A stretch of 64,000 nt of DNA from a virus (Duplodnaviria; Caudoviricetes): the IMG/VR virus record IMGVR_UViG_3300037721_000031, positions 64,001 to 128,000 of that record; one strand, 5' to 3'. The translations under genes were made by a program, and so were the position numbers. Numbering within the stretch: position 1 is the stretch's first letter; each line of letters starts with the position of its first letter. Under the pieces are notes generated by a model, which did no database searches, had not been told where the DNA came from, and saw only the letters and a list, made by a program, of their open reading frames with translations. Shown here one piece after another: positions 49,461 through 58,469 of this stretch.

Positions 49461-52013
49461 ATGGCGACCCAGCTACCTCGCTATCCTCTTGACTCCACCG
49501 GTACTAGTCCTGATAACTTGGTAGTCGGTGAACAACATACATTACCTAACAGAACTATACGCGCACTAGCACCTCTGTACGGTGCATTTTTTACAGAATC
49601 TGTTGTGGTAAGGGATAGATCTAATAATCAAGTTCTCCAAAGAAATGTACAATATACCGCAACAGAACTCTATGAATTTCCTACAGGTCGCTGGGGAAAA
49701 GAAATTTGTGGTATCATTTTAATTACTGATGAAGCAGTCAGTAATGAAGTCGAAGTTGACTATCAGGCTCTCGGTGGTGAGTACAGTACCAATGTCGATG
49801 CAATTGTTTCGATGTTTAATGAAGCGATGCTGGAGCGACCTGTATCTTGGCCTAACATCTTAGGTCAACCGGATGATTTTAATCCGGCTGCTCACTTCCA
49901 TGATGTCGGTGACATTTATGGATTCGAATATGTTGTCAATGCTTTAGAGCGGCTTCGTACAGCAGTATTAATTGGTGATGCGGCATCTCACGAAGAGATC
50001 CTGAAATACATAGATAGACAAGATGAAGATATACGTGCAGACACCGCTGTTGTCTCTGGTAATCTAAGTGAACATACTGCAAACGTAAACAATCCTCACA
50101 ATACGACTAAGAGTCAAGTGGGGTTAGGTAGTGTTGAGAACTACCCAATAGCGACAACTACAGAAGCTCAGACAGGTACGGGTAATGCGTACATGACTCC
50201 AGCTCTAGTCAAATTGTCTATCGCGCCAGAGTTAACTCCATTTCAATCACACATTGCTAATACCAGCAACCCTCACAGTACAACAGCTACTCAAGTGGGA
50301 TTAGGTAGTGTACAGAATTACGATGTATCGACTCAAGCTGAAGCTGAAGCCGGTACCAGTAATGTTAAGTACATGACTCCGTTACGCACGTCACAAGCTA
50401 TCACTACACTGGCATTAGGACCTTTAGCAGTACATGCTGGTAGATCAGATAATCCGCACAATACAACAGCTACACAGGTAGGCTTAGGCAGTGTCAGTAA
50501 CTTTGCTGTAGCTACTCAAGCAGAAGCCGAAGCTGGTGCTAGCGGTACTACTTACATGACTCCGGCTCGTACTGCGCAAGCGATTACAGTACAAGCGTTA
50601 GGGCCTCTTAATACACATACTGCTCGTGTAGATAATCCCCATAATACCTCTAAATCTCAAGTAGGTTTAGGTAATGTTAGTAATTATGGTAATGCCGGTA
50701 TTACTGAGGCTCAAGCCGGCACCAGTGACAGTCATTTCATGACTCCGTTGCGTGTATCTCAGGCTATTAGTGCGTTAGCATTAGTACCTCTGAATACTCA
50801 CACTGCTCGTACTGATAATCCACATAGTACGACTAAATCTCAGGTCGGGTTGGGTAGTGTTGATAATTTCGCGACAGCTAGCCAGGCCGAAGCAGAAGCT
50901 GGTGTAAACGCAATTACGTTTATGACACCTCAGCGTACAGCACAGGCTATCTCTTTACAAGCTGTGGCTCCTTTGAATGTGCATACGGCTAGACAAGATA
51001 ATCCTCACAATACGACTAAGAGTCAAGTGGGGTTAGGTAGTGTTGATAATTTCGCGACAGCTACTCAAGCTGAAGCCCAGGCCGGTGCGAGTAATGCAAC
51101 ATTTATGACTCCTTTGCGTACAGCACAGGCTATAAGTGTTCAAGCGGTAGCTCCACTAAATTCCCACATTACTAACACCAGCAATCCTCATAGTACGACT
51201 GCTTCTCAGGTAGGCTTGGGTAGTGTACAGAATTATCCAGTAGCAACACAAATAGAGGCGGAAGGTGGTGTCAGTACTGTAACATATATGACTCCGTTAC
51301 GTACTGCTCAGTTAATAAATGTACAGGCAATTGCTCCTCTGAATACTCACATTGGTCGTACAGATAATCCTCATAGTACGACTAAATCTCAGGTCGGGTT
51401 GGGTAGTGTCAGTAACTTTGATATTGCTACTCAAGCAGAAGCCCAGGCAGGCAGTAGTAATGTTAAGTACATGACTCCGTTGAGTACTGCGCAAGCGATC
51501 TCGACTCAAGCCATAGCTCCGTTAAATACTCATACTGCCAGAACGGATAACCCCCATAGTACGACAGCTACTCAGGTGGGTTTAGGTAATGTTCAAAATC
51601 TTGGTTTAGCAAATACTTCTGAAGCCCAGGCCGGTACAAGTCATGCATTATACATGACACCATTACTTACAGCTCAAGCAATTAGTGCGCAAGCTTTATC
51701 ACCTCTAAATACTCACGTTGCTAGAACTGATAATCCTCACAGTACTACAGCTACGCAGGTAGGTCTTGGTAGTGTGAGTAACTTCGCTGTAGCTTCACAA
51801 GCAGAGTCTGAAGCGGGTAGCAGTAATGCTAAATACATGACTCCGTTAGGTGTGAATCAACGTGTAGCTGTCCACGTTGCTAGTGGTGATCATGACTCAA
51901 GGTACCCGCGATTGAATGCTAACGTATCTGCAGCCGTTCGTGAATCAGGTGGACAATTTCAAGCATTTATTGGTGGAGCTTGGCGTATTGTGTGGCCTCC
52001 TCAGTGGCAATAA
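49461..52013 (+). CDS. Tail fibre protein 2 with 10 H-x5-NPH repeats
   Basis: N-terminal YPLDSTG...GEQH...APLYGAFF domain paralogous to fibre 1; 10 repeats; C-terminal WRIVWPPQWQ. Confidence 0.85.
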   Translation: MATQLPRYPLDSTGTSPDNLVVGEQHTLPNRTIRALAPLYGAFFTESVVVRDRSNNQVLQRNVQYTATELYEFPTGRWGKEICGIILITDEAVSNEVEVDYQALGGEYSTNVDAIVSMFNEAMLERPVSWPNILGQPDDFNPAAHFHDVGDIYGFEYVVNALERLRTAVLIGDAASHEEILKYIDRQDEDIRADTAVVSGNLSEHTANVNNPHNTTKSQVGLGSVENYPIATTTEAQTGTGNAYMTPALVKLSIAPELTPFQSHIANTSNPHSTTATQVGLGSVQNYDVSTQAEAEAGTSNVKYMTPLRTSQAITTLALGPLAVHAGRSDNPHNTTATQVGLGSVSNFAVATQAEAEAGASGTTYMTPARTAQAITVQALGPLNTHTARVDNPHNTSKSQVGLGNVSNYGNAGITEAQAGTSDSHFMTPLRVSQAISALALVPLNTHTARTDNPHSTTKSQVGLGSVDNFATASQAEAEAGVNAITFMTPQRTAQAISLQAVAPLNVHTARQDNPHNTTKSQVGLGSVDNFATATQAEAQAGASNATFMTPLRTAQAISVQAVAPLNSHITNTSNPHSTTASQVGLGSVQNYPVATQIEAEGGVSTVTYMTPLRTAQLINVQAIAPLNTHIGRTDNPHSTTKSQVGLGSVSNFDIATQAEAQAGSSNVKYMTPLSTAQAISTQAIAPLNTHTARTDNPHSTTATQVGLGNVQNLGLANTSEAQAGTSHALYMTPLLTAQAISAQALSPLNTHVARTDNPHSTTATQVGLGSVSNFAVASQAESEAGSSNAKYMTPLGVNQRVAVHVASGDHDSRYPRLNANVSAAVRESGGQFQAFIGGAWRIVWPPQWQ
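50070..51870 (+). repeat. About 183-bp tandem coding repeats (10 units)
   Basis: 10 NPH motifs with a 61-aa period. Confidence 0.85.
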
Positions 52014-52082
52014 CAGTGATAATTAAAGAGCTTAAAATTACACCTCGCCAATATTTCATGAGTTACATACGAGGAATTCGTA

Positions 52083-52595
52083 ATGACACATGTATTTATA
52101 GAGAAAATGAACCTTAATATAGTTAAGGAAGATCTATATATTGACGAGGTTCTTTTCAGTCCTTATACTTATCAGCAAGAACTTATAAAAATAATAGTAT
52201 CTCCAGACATCTGTATTAATGCTTTAAATGTAGCAGATACAGTAAGACACGCTGACAGGACTATCAAGATAGAGGGAATGGAGAAACTATCCAAAGTCCT
52301 CTATCGACTCTGTCGGCAGATTGCCGACAAAATGAGTCATGATGGTCCTGTCACGTGTCACCTTTTTTTATCTCGTTCTGGATCTGAGAGCTTTCCAGCC
52401 CATACAGATCCAGATAATGTTTTGATTTATATAGTTGATGGTGAGAAGACCATAGTGTTAGATAACGAAACAATTACTCTAACCACGGATCAAGCTTTAT
52501 TTATGCCGTATGGTACTAAGCATCAAGCTGTTAATCAAAAAGAATCAATCATGCTAAGTTTTGGCTTAGAACGGTTTATAGTGGAGAAACTCTAA
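52083..52595 (+). CDS. JmjC/cupin 2OG-Fe(II) oxygenase-like protein
   Basis: SFPAHTDPDNV (HxD), GEK, LFMPYGTKHQA (distal His); resembles RoxA/cupin_4-type hydroxylases. Confidence 0.78.
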   Translation: MTHVFIEKMNLNIVKEDLYIDEVLFSPYTYQQELIKIIVSPDICINALNVADTVRHADRTIKIEGMEKLSKVLYRLCRQIADKMSHDGPVTCHLFLSRSGSESFPAHTDPDNVLIYIVDGEKTIVLDNETITLTTDQALFMPYGTKHQAVNQKESIMLSFGLERFIVEKL

Positions 52596-52597
52596 TT

Positions 52598-53683
52598 ATG
52601 ATGCGCACCGTCTACGTCAAGACTACGGAATCATGTAATCTTGATTGCAAACATTGCTTTACTGGTGGTAATCGACCTCCTCGTACGTTTTTAGATTTAG
52701 CTAAGACTGAGGATTGGATATCTCGCTTTGCTAACTACATATCTCCTGAAGATGATGTGCATTTTGAGTTACATGGAGGAGAACCGTTTCTTGCTCCTGT
52801 AAGTACTCTGAAATCTATTGTAACTACAATACGAGCTACTGGTTTAAAACATATGTCTATTGGAGCTACTACTAATCTAGTATATAAACTCAAAGATGAT
52901 TTGTTAGATTTTATAGTTAATGATTTAGATGCAATTGGTACAAGCTGGGATGCAGGTATTCGTTTCGCTAATGAAAAGCAAGAAGAGTTATGGCGTAAGA
53001 ATCTTCAAACACTAACAGATAAGAACATAAAAGTTGTACTGAATATTAGTGTCTCTCGCGCTGTTGTCGAAATGGATTGCGAAAAATTAATTACATTTAT
53101 TAGAGATACTAAATGTTATAAAGTCTTATTTGACCGTATAACACTTAATGGCAACGCTAATAATCATTTAAAATTATTTCCATCTAATGCTGAAATAAAT
53201 GACTGGTATTTGCGCATGCATGAGGCAACTACTAGACTAGATGCTCGTAAATGGTTTCATAATTCCATGCTAGAAGATGTTTACGCCAAGTTCGAGAATT
53301 CATTCTCAGCATGCGGTACATTCTGCAGAGATTGTGAAGAACGAAATATCACTCTAAATGCAAATGGTTCTATTGGTGGTTGTCCAAATTCTGCTCCTGA
53401 AGAGTTCTTTGGTCACATCGATATGGATATTGCAGAAATGTTCGGTACATCTAAAAGAATAGATGTAATGGTGAAAGAGCGCACACGTAACGATCACTGT
53501 TATACTTGTCCTGTCTTCAGTTACTGTGGATCAGATTGTCATCGTTTGGCGTGGGATGGTGATGTATGTGCTTCACCGAGGCGGTTAATGATGCGGTTAG
53601 CAGGCGTAGATGACTCTCTAGAACAACGACCGGCGACTACCACTCGTGTGTATAAAAACATTATTCCAATCTTTTCATCTTAA
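52598..53683 (+). CDS. Radical SAM/SPASM enzyme 1
   Basis: CNLDCKHC, HGGEPF, TTNL; C-terminal CGTFCRDC, GGCP, CYTCPVFSYCGSDC. Confidence 0.93.
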   Translation: MMRTVYVKTTESCNLDCKHCFTGGNRPPRTFLDLAKTEDWISRFANYISPEDDVHFELHGGEPFLAPVSTLKSIVTTIRATGLKHMSIGATTNLVYKLKDDLLDFIVNDLDAIGTSWDAGIRFANEKQEELWRKNLQTLTDKNIKVVLNISVSRAVVEMDCEKLITFIRDTKCYKVLFDRITLNGNANNHLKLFPSNAEINDWYLRMHEATTRLDARKWFHNSMLEDVYAKFENSFSACGTFCRDCEERNITLNANGSIGGCPNSAPEEFFGHIDMDIAEMFGTSKRIDVMVKERTRNDHCYTCPVFSYCGSDCHRLAWDGDVCASPRRLMMRLAGVDDSLEQRPATTTRVYKNIIPIFSS

Positions 53684-53698
53684 ATTTGAGAATTAAAT

Positions 53699-54274
53699 AT
53701 GCCAGATATTCTTAAAAGTAATGTACAGACCGATGCATATTCGGCTATTGTTGATAACATAAATAGTGTTGCAACCGACTATGGTCCTGCACCTATTGGG
53801 TCAGAACGCGGTTTGTCGTATTGTAATACTGCGATGTTGGAGTATTACAGTTTTGATCCCTCTGAGGCATGGCTTGCTAGCTATTTAAGTGGAAGCATTA
53901 CCCGTAGTGGACTCGTTGCTAGAGTAGGTATACTAGGTGGTTGGTACGCCCGTACTACTTGGGCAATACACGGTTTGACTGGTACTACATCTAGTGGTGC
54001 TTGGGATGGTTTTACTGTTCCATTTAGTGAACTTGATATTTTCTTTGTAAAGCCAGAATATCATCAAAGTCATTATGATGCCACGATAGCGGCTATTGCA
54101 GCTGCCGATACATCTGAATTATTTAATGACATTACTAGAACTGCAGTCGTCTCTTACTTAGTTAGAATTAAAAATGTTGTGCTTAATAATGCCACAACTG
54201 GTGATGTTGTAGATCTAAGAGTATGTCATAGCTCGTGTCACTCTAACTGTCACGGTTCGCGTGGTCGTCGCTAA
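53699..54274 (+). CDS. Protein with C-terminal CHSSCHSNCHGSRGRR motif, candidate radical SAM substrate/precursor
   Basis: Triple C-H-x-x repeat at 54224-54259 followed by RGRR-stop; lies between two radical SAM genes. Confidence 0.7.
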   Translation: MPDILKSNVQTDAYSAIVDNINSVATDYGPAPIGSERGLSYCNTAMLEYYSFDPSEAWLASYLSGSITRSGLVARVGILGGWYARTTWAIHGLTGTTSSGAWDGFTVPFSELDIFFVKPEYHQSHYDATIAAIAAADTSELFNDITRTAVVSYLVRIKNVVLNNATTGDVVDLRVCHSSCHSNCHGSRGRR

Positions 54275-54287
54275 AATAGGTAATAAC

Positions 54288-55355
54288 ATGAAAAATCTTA
54301 TTAACCGTGTTTACATTAAGCACGACAACAATATAACACCAAGTAGCTATCAGTCAAGAATAATTGTTACTGATCGTGAAATGAGATATCCTATTTCAGA
54401 AGAGAGAGAAGTGCTTGATAAGGTGTTTATTAAACACTATGTTAAGTCTCTTGATGAACTGGATACACTGTATGGCGATAGAGAAGGGTTTTGGTCGGCG
54501 ATGCTTCTCTCTACTGAGAAACTGCTGATTATTGCTTCTCCGGCATTTACAGCTGAATTACTAATCCAGTACTGGAAGTCTGTCTTTAAGGATCCGAGTA
54601 GGTCCTTTATTAAGCTAATGTACGATTTGTTTACAGCACAGGAAAATCTACTCGGTTGCCGTGAAAAAGAAAGACAAATATCTAAAGAAGATGTTAACGT
54701 TATTGACAGAAAGTGTGTACCTGTTAGTGATGATTTGTTTAATGCTTTATTTGATAAAGTAGAACATTCGCAGATTGTCTCCGAAGCTCCAGTGACCAAG
54801 TTACCTTTCGAATACCTGCTGATTGGTCACCTGACTAAATCTGGTGGAAAGGGTTTAAATACTGAGTTCTATCGGCGTGCATCAAGTATTGTGCTGTTAA
54901 ACATTGTAAGGGCTATTGTTAATGCTAAAGAAGATTTCTTTAGTGAGACACATAACTACTACTTACTCGATGACGAAACTAGTCTTGGTGAATTGCGTAC
55001 AAATCCGATAGGATATCTTTCTAAGCACAAACGTTTAGCTTGGGTAGTTGATGAAGAGTTTGTATACGGTAATGAGGATGTCATCCTCAAAAAGTATTCT
55101 TTAGATAAGCTTAAAGATATTTTTAAAGTTTATACCACACTCTTTAAGTTTGAATATGATGAAGAGAAAGCTCTTGATTTCATCATAGCCAAAGATTATG
55201 CTGGTATGATTAGATATGATATTGCTGATCAAAAGGGTAATTTCTTTGGCGCAGATAGTTTCACAGCCAAAATAAACGGATTACTTATATCTCACCTTTA
55301 CGAGCTAGTTCGTAATAGTAAGGCTCAAGAATTGGATTGCTTTTCATTGAAGTAA
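54288..55355 (+). CDS. Hypothetical protein of the radical SAM cluster
   Basis: ORF track 54261-55355; the ATG at 54288 after AGGT is the more likely start; no motif recognised. Confidence 0.75.
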   Translation: MKNLINRVYIKHDNNITPSSYQSRIIVTDREMRYPISEEREVLDKVFIKHYVKSLDELDTLYGDREGFWSAMLLSTEKLLIIASPAFTAELLIQYWKSVFKDPSRSFIKLMYDLFTAQENLLGCREKERQISKEDVNVIDRKCVPVSDDLFNALFDKVEHSQIVSEAPVTKLPFEYLLIGHLTKSGGKGLNTEFYRRASSIVLLNIVRAIVNAKEDFFSETHNYYLLDDETSLGELRTNPIGYLSKHKRLAWVVDEEFVYGNEDVILKKYSLDKLKDIFKVYTTLFKFEYDEEKALDFIIAKDYAGMIRYDIADQKGNFFGADSFTAKINGLLISHLYELVRNSKAQELDCFSLK

Positions 55356-56455
55356 CTATGTTCGACAAAAGTAACGTTGTGATTTTTGTAAGAGTTGTGC
55401 AAGGTTGTAATCTTAACTGCACACACTGCTTCACTCTTGGGAACCAAGATAAGGTATTGACAACACCTTTCGAATATATCGATCAGTTTCTTACATCAAT
55501 TAAGAAAAATGTCGATCCACGTCGAGGTGTTGTCTATTTACATGGTGGCGAGACATTCTTAGCTAAGTTATCATATCTTCGCAAAGTAACACAAAGAGCA
55601 CGAGAATTGTTCTCAGAAAAAGACTTTAAGATTATTCCACAGACTAACCTTGTTTATAAGCTTACTGATGACTTTCTAGATTTTATCCGCACAGAGTGTA
55701 ACGGGCATATTGGCGTATCTTGGGATGCCAAGATACGCTTTGGGTCAATTAAGACGGAACATCAAGAACGTCAAGAAGCAATGTATTTTCGTAATTTAAA
55801 AACATTACTAGATAATGGCTTTAAAGTGCATATTACAATTACAGCACAAAGACACTTACTAAACGTTAATCCATTGAACATAGCTAAGATGTTTGCAGGA
55901 GTAGCTTCAATAGACTTTGAACATCTAACAACATTCGATGAGAAGACTAGGGATTTACGTGTTAACTTACTGAAGTGGTCTAATTGGTTAGATAAGCTAG
56001 TTGATTATTATCAGCATAATGACGTAAGCTGGTGCCTGCCTCAGGTTGATCTTTTTACAAAGTCTATTGAGGATGGAGAAATTTATGCTTGTAAATGTAA
56101 CTGCTGTGATAGAAAAACGTTTACTCTAAATCCAAACGGCACTACTGGGTTTTGTCCGGACAATTCTTACATCTCACCTATATCTCATGTAAAAGAGATG
56201 ACTGAATCTTGGTCTACGTATGAAGAGAAAGCTCATAACGCTCACATTGAGCGATTAGCTACTTTGAGTACAGAGAACTGCTATACTTGTGAACATTATG
56301 CTGAGTGTGGCGGTAACTGTGAAGATACTTTCTTTGATGATTCTGGTGAATGTCCATTATCTAAGAAGGTGATCTCACGTATCAAGGAAAACAAGGTAAC
56401 ATTCATTAAATTACTTAATGAGCGTTCGAGTAAGAATTTAGCCGAAATGCAATAA
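55337..56455 (+). CDS. Radical SAM/SPASM enzyme 2
   Basis: CNLNCTHC, HGGETF, QTNL, VSWDA; CKCNCC, GFCP, CYTCEHYAECGGNC; paralogue of enzyme 1; probable start at the ATG at 55358. Confidence 0.93.
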   Translation: MLFIEVTMFDKSNVVIFVRVVQGCNLNCTHCFTLGNQDKVLTTPFEYIDQFLTSIKKNVDPRRGVVYLHGGETFLAKLSYLRKVTQRARELFSEKDFKIIPQTNLVYKLTDDFLDFIRTECNGHIGVSWDAKIRFGSIKTEHQERQEAMYFRNLKTLLDNGFKVHITITAQRHLLNVNPLNIAKMFAGVASIDFEHLTTFDEKTRDLRVNLLKWSNWLDKLVDYYQHNDVSWCLPQVDLFTKSIEDGEIYACKCNCCDRKTFTLNPNGTTGFCPDNSYISPISHVKEMTESWSTYEEKAHNAHIERLATLSTENCYTCEHYAECGGNCEDTFFDDSGECPLSKKVISRIKENKVTFIKLLNERSSKNLAEMQ

Positions 56456-56467
56456 AAGGAATCTGAC

Positions 56468-57307
56468 GTGTCTGACGAAACAACTCAACAACCAGCTAGC
56501 GACGTACCTGTAGTTCCAGAATACCGTGAGGTAACTGCACCTATTGGTACTGAATTTATTAGAGAATTCTTTAAGAATAAGAATATTACATTCCTAGTAA
56601 ATCACTCTCAGTCTAGGTTAAAGGGAGCAGTGTTCCTTACGTACTTGGCTAACTTAGCAGTGCCATCAGATATTAGGTTTGACCAACCCTTATCTGAAGA
56701 CGAGTATGTAACTATCATGAGTGCATACCTGGTACAGCGCACGATTAGTAAAGCTAAGACGTTACAGCTGATGATGGCGCAGGTAATTCTCTGGGCTAAA
56801 GGATTGAGCTTCGACAAGATTCCGTATAAGACTGGTGTACCAGAGAGCCACGTCTTAGCATTTGCTAAGAAGAACGGTCCAACTATCATGAGGTGGTTGC
56901 ACTTTGTTGACTCATCTCATGTCTTCGCAATGTCATCTATCGAAGCACTGAAAAAGGAACATGATCCTTTACAGCATGGCGTTAGCGTCATTGATGATAA
57001 AGAGTATATTGGTCATAACGCAGTATTACTCTACGATGTACCGCTCTTTACAGAGTTCTACTTCTCTATTCCTAATGCAGGTTATCGTTCTTCGTATTTT
57101 GTACGACAGTATGAGGACTACATGTTCGGTAATGAGAAGTTCGCAAAGTTCTTTGCTGTAAAGAATAACTTTTTAGCAAACATATACGAAGGTGTAGCCT
57201 CAGGCTATATTGATCTGAATAAGCCAGAAGAGTGTATGCTACTTGAAGGAAATAATGATGTCGGAAGTATCGCAACTGACAGTACCGAAACACCTCAAAA
57301 CGGATAA
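56468..57307 (+). CDS. Hypothetical protein of the radical SAM cluster
   Basis: 279-aa ORF with upstream AAGGA. Confidence 0.75.
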   Translation: MSDETTQQPASDVPVVPEYREVTAPIGTEFIREFFKNKNITFLVNHSQSRLKGAVFLTYLANLAVPSDIRFDQPLSEDEYVTIMSAYLVQRTISKAKTLQLMMAQVILWAKGLSFDKIPYKTGVPESHVLAFAKKNGPTIMRWLHFVDSSHVFAMSSIEALKKEHDPLQHGVSVIDDKEYIGHNAVLLYDVPLFTEFYFSIPNAGYRSSYFVRQYEDYMFGNEKFAKFFAVKNNFLANIYEGVASGYIDLNKPEECMLLEGNNDVGSIATDSTETPQNG

Positions 57308-58394
57308 CTTCCTGACTTCTGTAGAGCGCGAAAGCGCCACTGGTTATCATCTCAGCTTAAACCTGGAATTACTACGCGGATGCCAGTTTAGCTGTAAGGG
57401 TTGTTTCGTAGATAAGTATGGTTCAGATCCAATGACTGACGAGCGAGGTGCGCAGCTTCTATCTTGGGTTACCAGTGCGCAAGAAGATGGTGGTTATCTA
57501 CCTACGGTAATATTTATCGGACCTACTGACTTCTTATCCTCTGGGAATACCATCGACGTACTGCGAGATCCACGTATTCAGCAAGTTGTCAGACGTTTTA
57601 AAAGACTATCTCTACAAACTACTTGTTTAGATATCAGTACAGCTCCAGAGATTGCTAAAGTGTTACGTGAACACTACAGTCATATGGAACTCGAGGTTAA
57701 CTTCTTAATGGAGCCAGAGCATGTTCTAACAGAGAAGTACCTTCGTACTGTTAAAGAGAATAGAGACAGTCTGTATGAGATAATTGACTGGCACATTCCC
57801 GTAAAAAGCTTCTGTATTATGAACGTCTATGAATACGAGAATGCAAAGAAAGATGACGTCATTAAGCTATTAAATGACTACAAAGAAATGCATTTGCGTA
57901 TCAAGGATATGTTTGATACTACAATTGACTTTAACTTCTCGATGTCAAGAAAACACAATCAAAACAAGTCATCCGAAGTTAAAGAAGCAATCATCAGAGT
58001 AACTAAGATGTTTGATAAAAGTGTTAATCACGATACATCTCAGTTTATTCGTTTCTCGTTTGGAAAATTAACTGATAGTCTGATCGAGAAACATTTTAAC
58101 TTTCTTAATGGTAAGTTTTACGTGTCACCATTACTTTACGATCGTTATGTAGCTTTTGTGCCAGAGTTGCAAATACCGTTTGTAAACTTTACTGTAGCTG
58201 AGTCTGAAGCATTTGAAGAACAGCTACAGCTAGAGCAATATCAGAATGCCGGCCAAAAAGACGAATGTGGTAGTTGTCGTTATCTTGGGTCGTGTACGGA
58301 TAGAAATATTCTTAAAGTTATGGATATCTATTCTATCAAGCACTGCATCATAGCGCGAGACGCCTTGGACAGTATTAACGTACGGCCAAATTAA
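57243..58394 (+). CDS. Radical SAM enzyme 3 (divergent, GPTD type)
   Basis: GCQFSCKGC, FIGPTDFL, C-terminal CGSCRYLGSC; probable start at about 57255-57258. Confidence 0.85.
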   Translation: MKEIMMSEVSQLTVPKHLKTDNFLTSVERESATGYHLSLNLELLRGCQFSCKGCFVDKYGSDPMTDERGAQLLSWVTSAQEDGGYLPTVIFIGPTDFLSSGNTIDVLRDPRIQQVVRRFKRLSLQTTCLDISTAPEIAKVLREHYSHMELEVNFLMEPEHVLTEKYLRTVKENRDSLYEIIDWHIPVKSFCIMNVYEYENAKKDDVIKLLNDYKEMHLRIKDMFDTTIDFNFSMSRKHNQNKSSEVKEAIIRVTKMFDKSVNHDTSQFIRFSFGKLTDSLIEKHFNFLNGKFYVSPLLYDRYVAFVPELQIPFVNFTVAESEAFEEQLQLEQYQNAGQKDECGSCRYLGSCTDRNILKVMDIYSIKHCIIARDALDSINVRPN

Positions 58395-58404
58395 CCTAGT
58401 AACA

Positions 58405-58444
58405 GCATAAGAGAGACTAGAGCGTACGCTCTAGTCTCTTGTGC
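58405..58444 (+). terminator. Hairpin inside the radical SAM cluster
   Basis: GCATAAGAGAGACTAGAGCGT-ACGCTCTAGTCTCTTGTGC. Confidence 0.65.
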
Positions 58445-58469
58445 CATAATTTAATAAAAGGTACTTGAC

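Noticed and set aside
46050-51870. Periodic repeats as a CRISPR array or diversity-generating retroelement
   Set aside because: The 183-bp units are in-frame coding repeats with synonymous variation; there are no spacers, cas genes or reverse transcriptase, and no adenine-specific variation pattern
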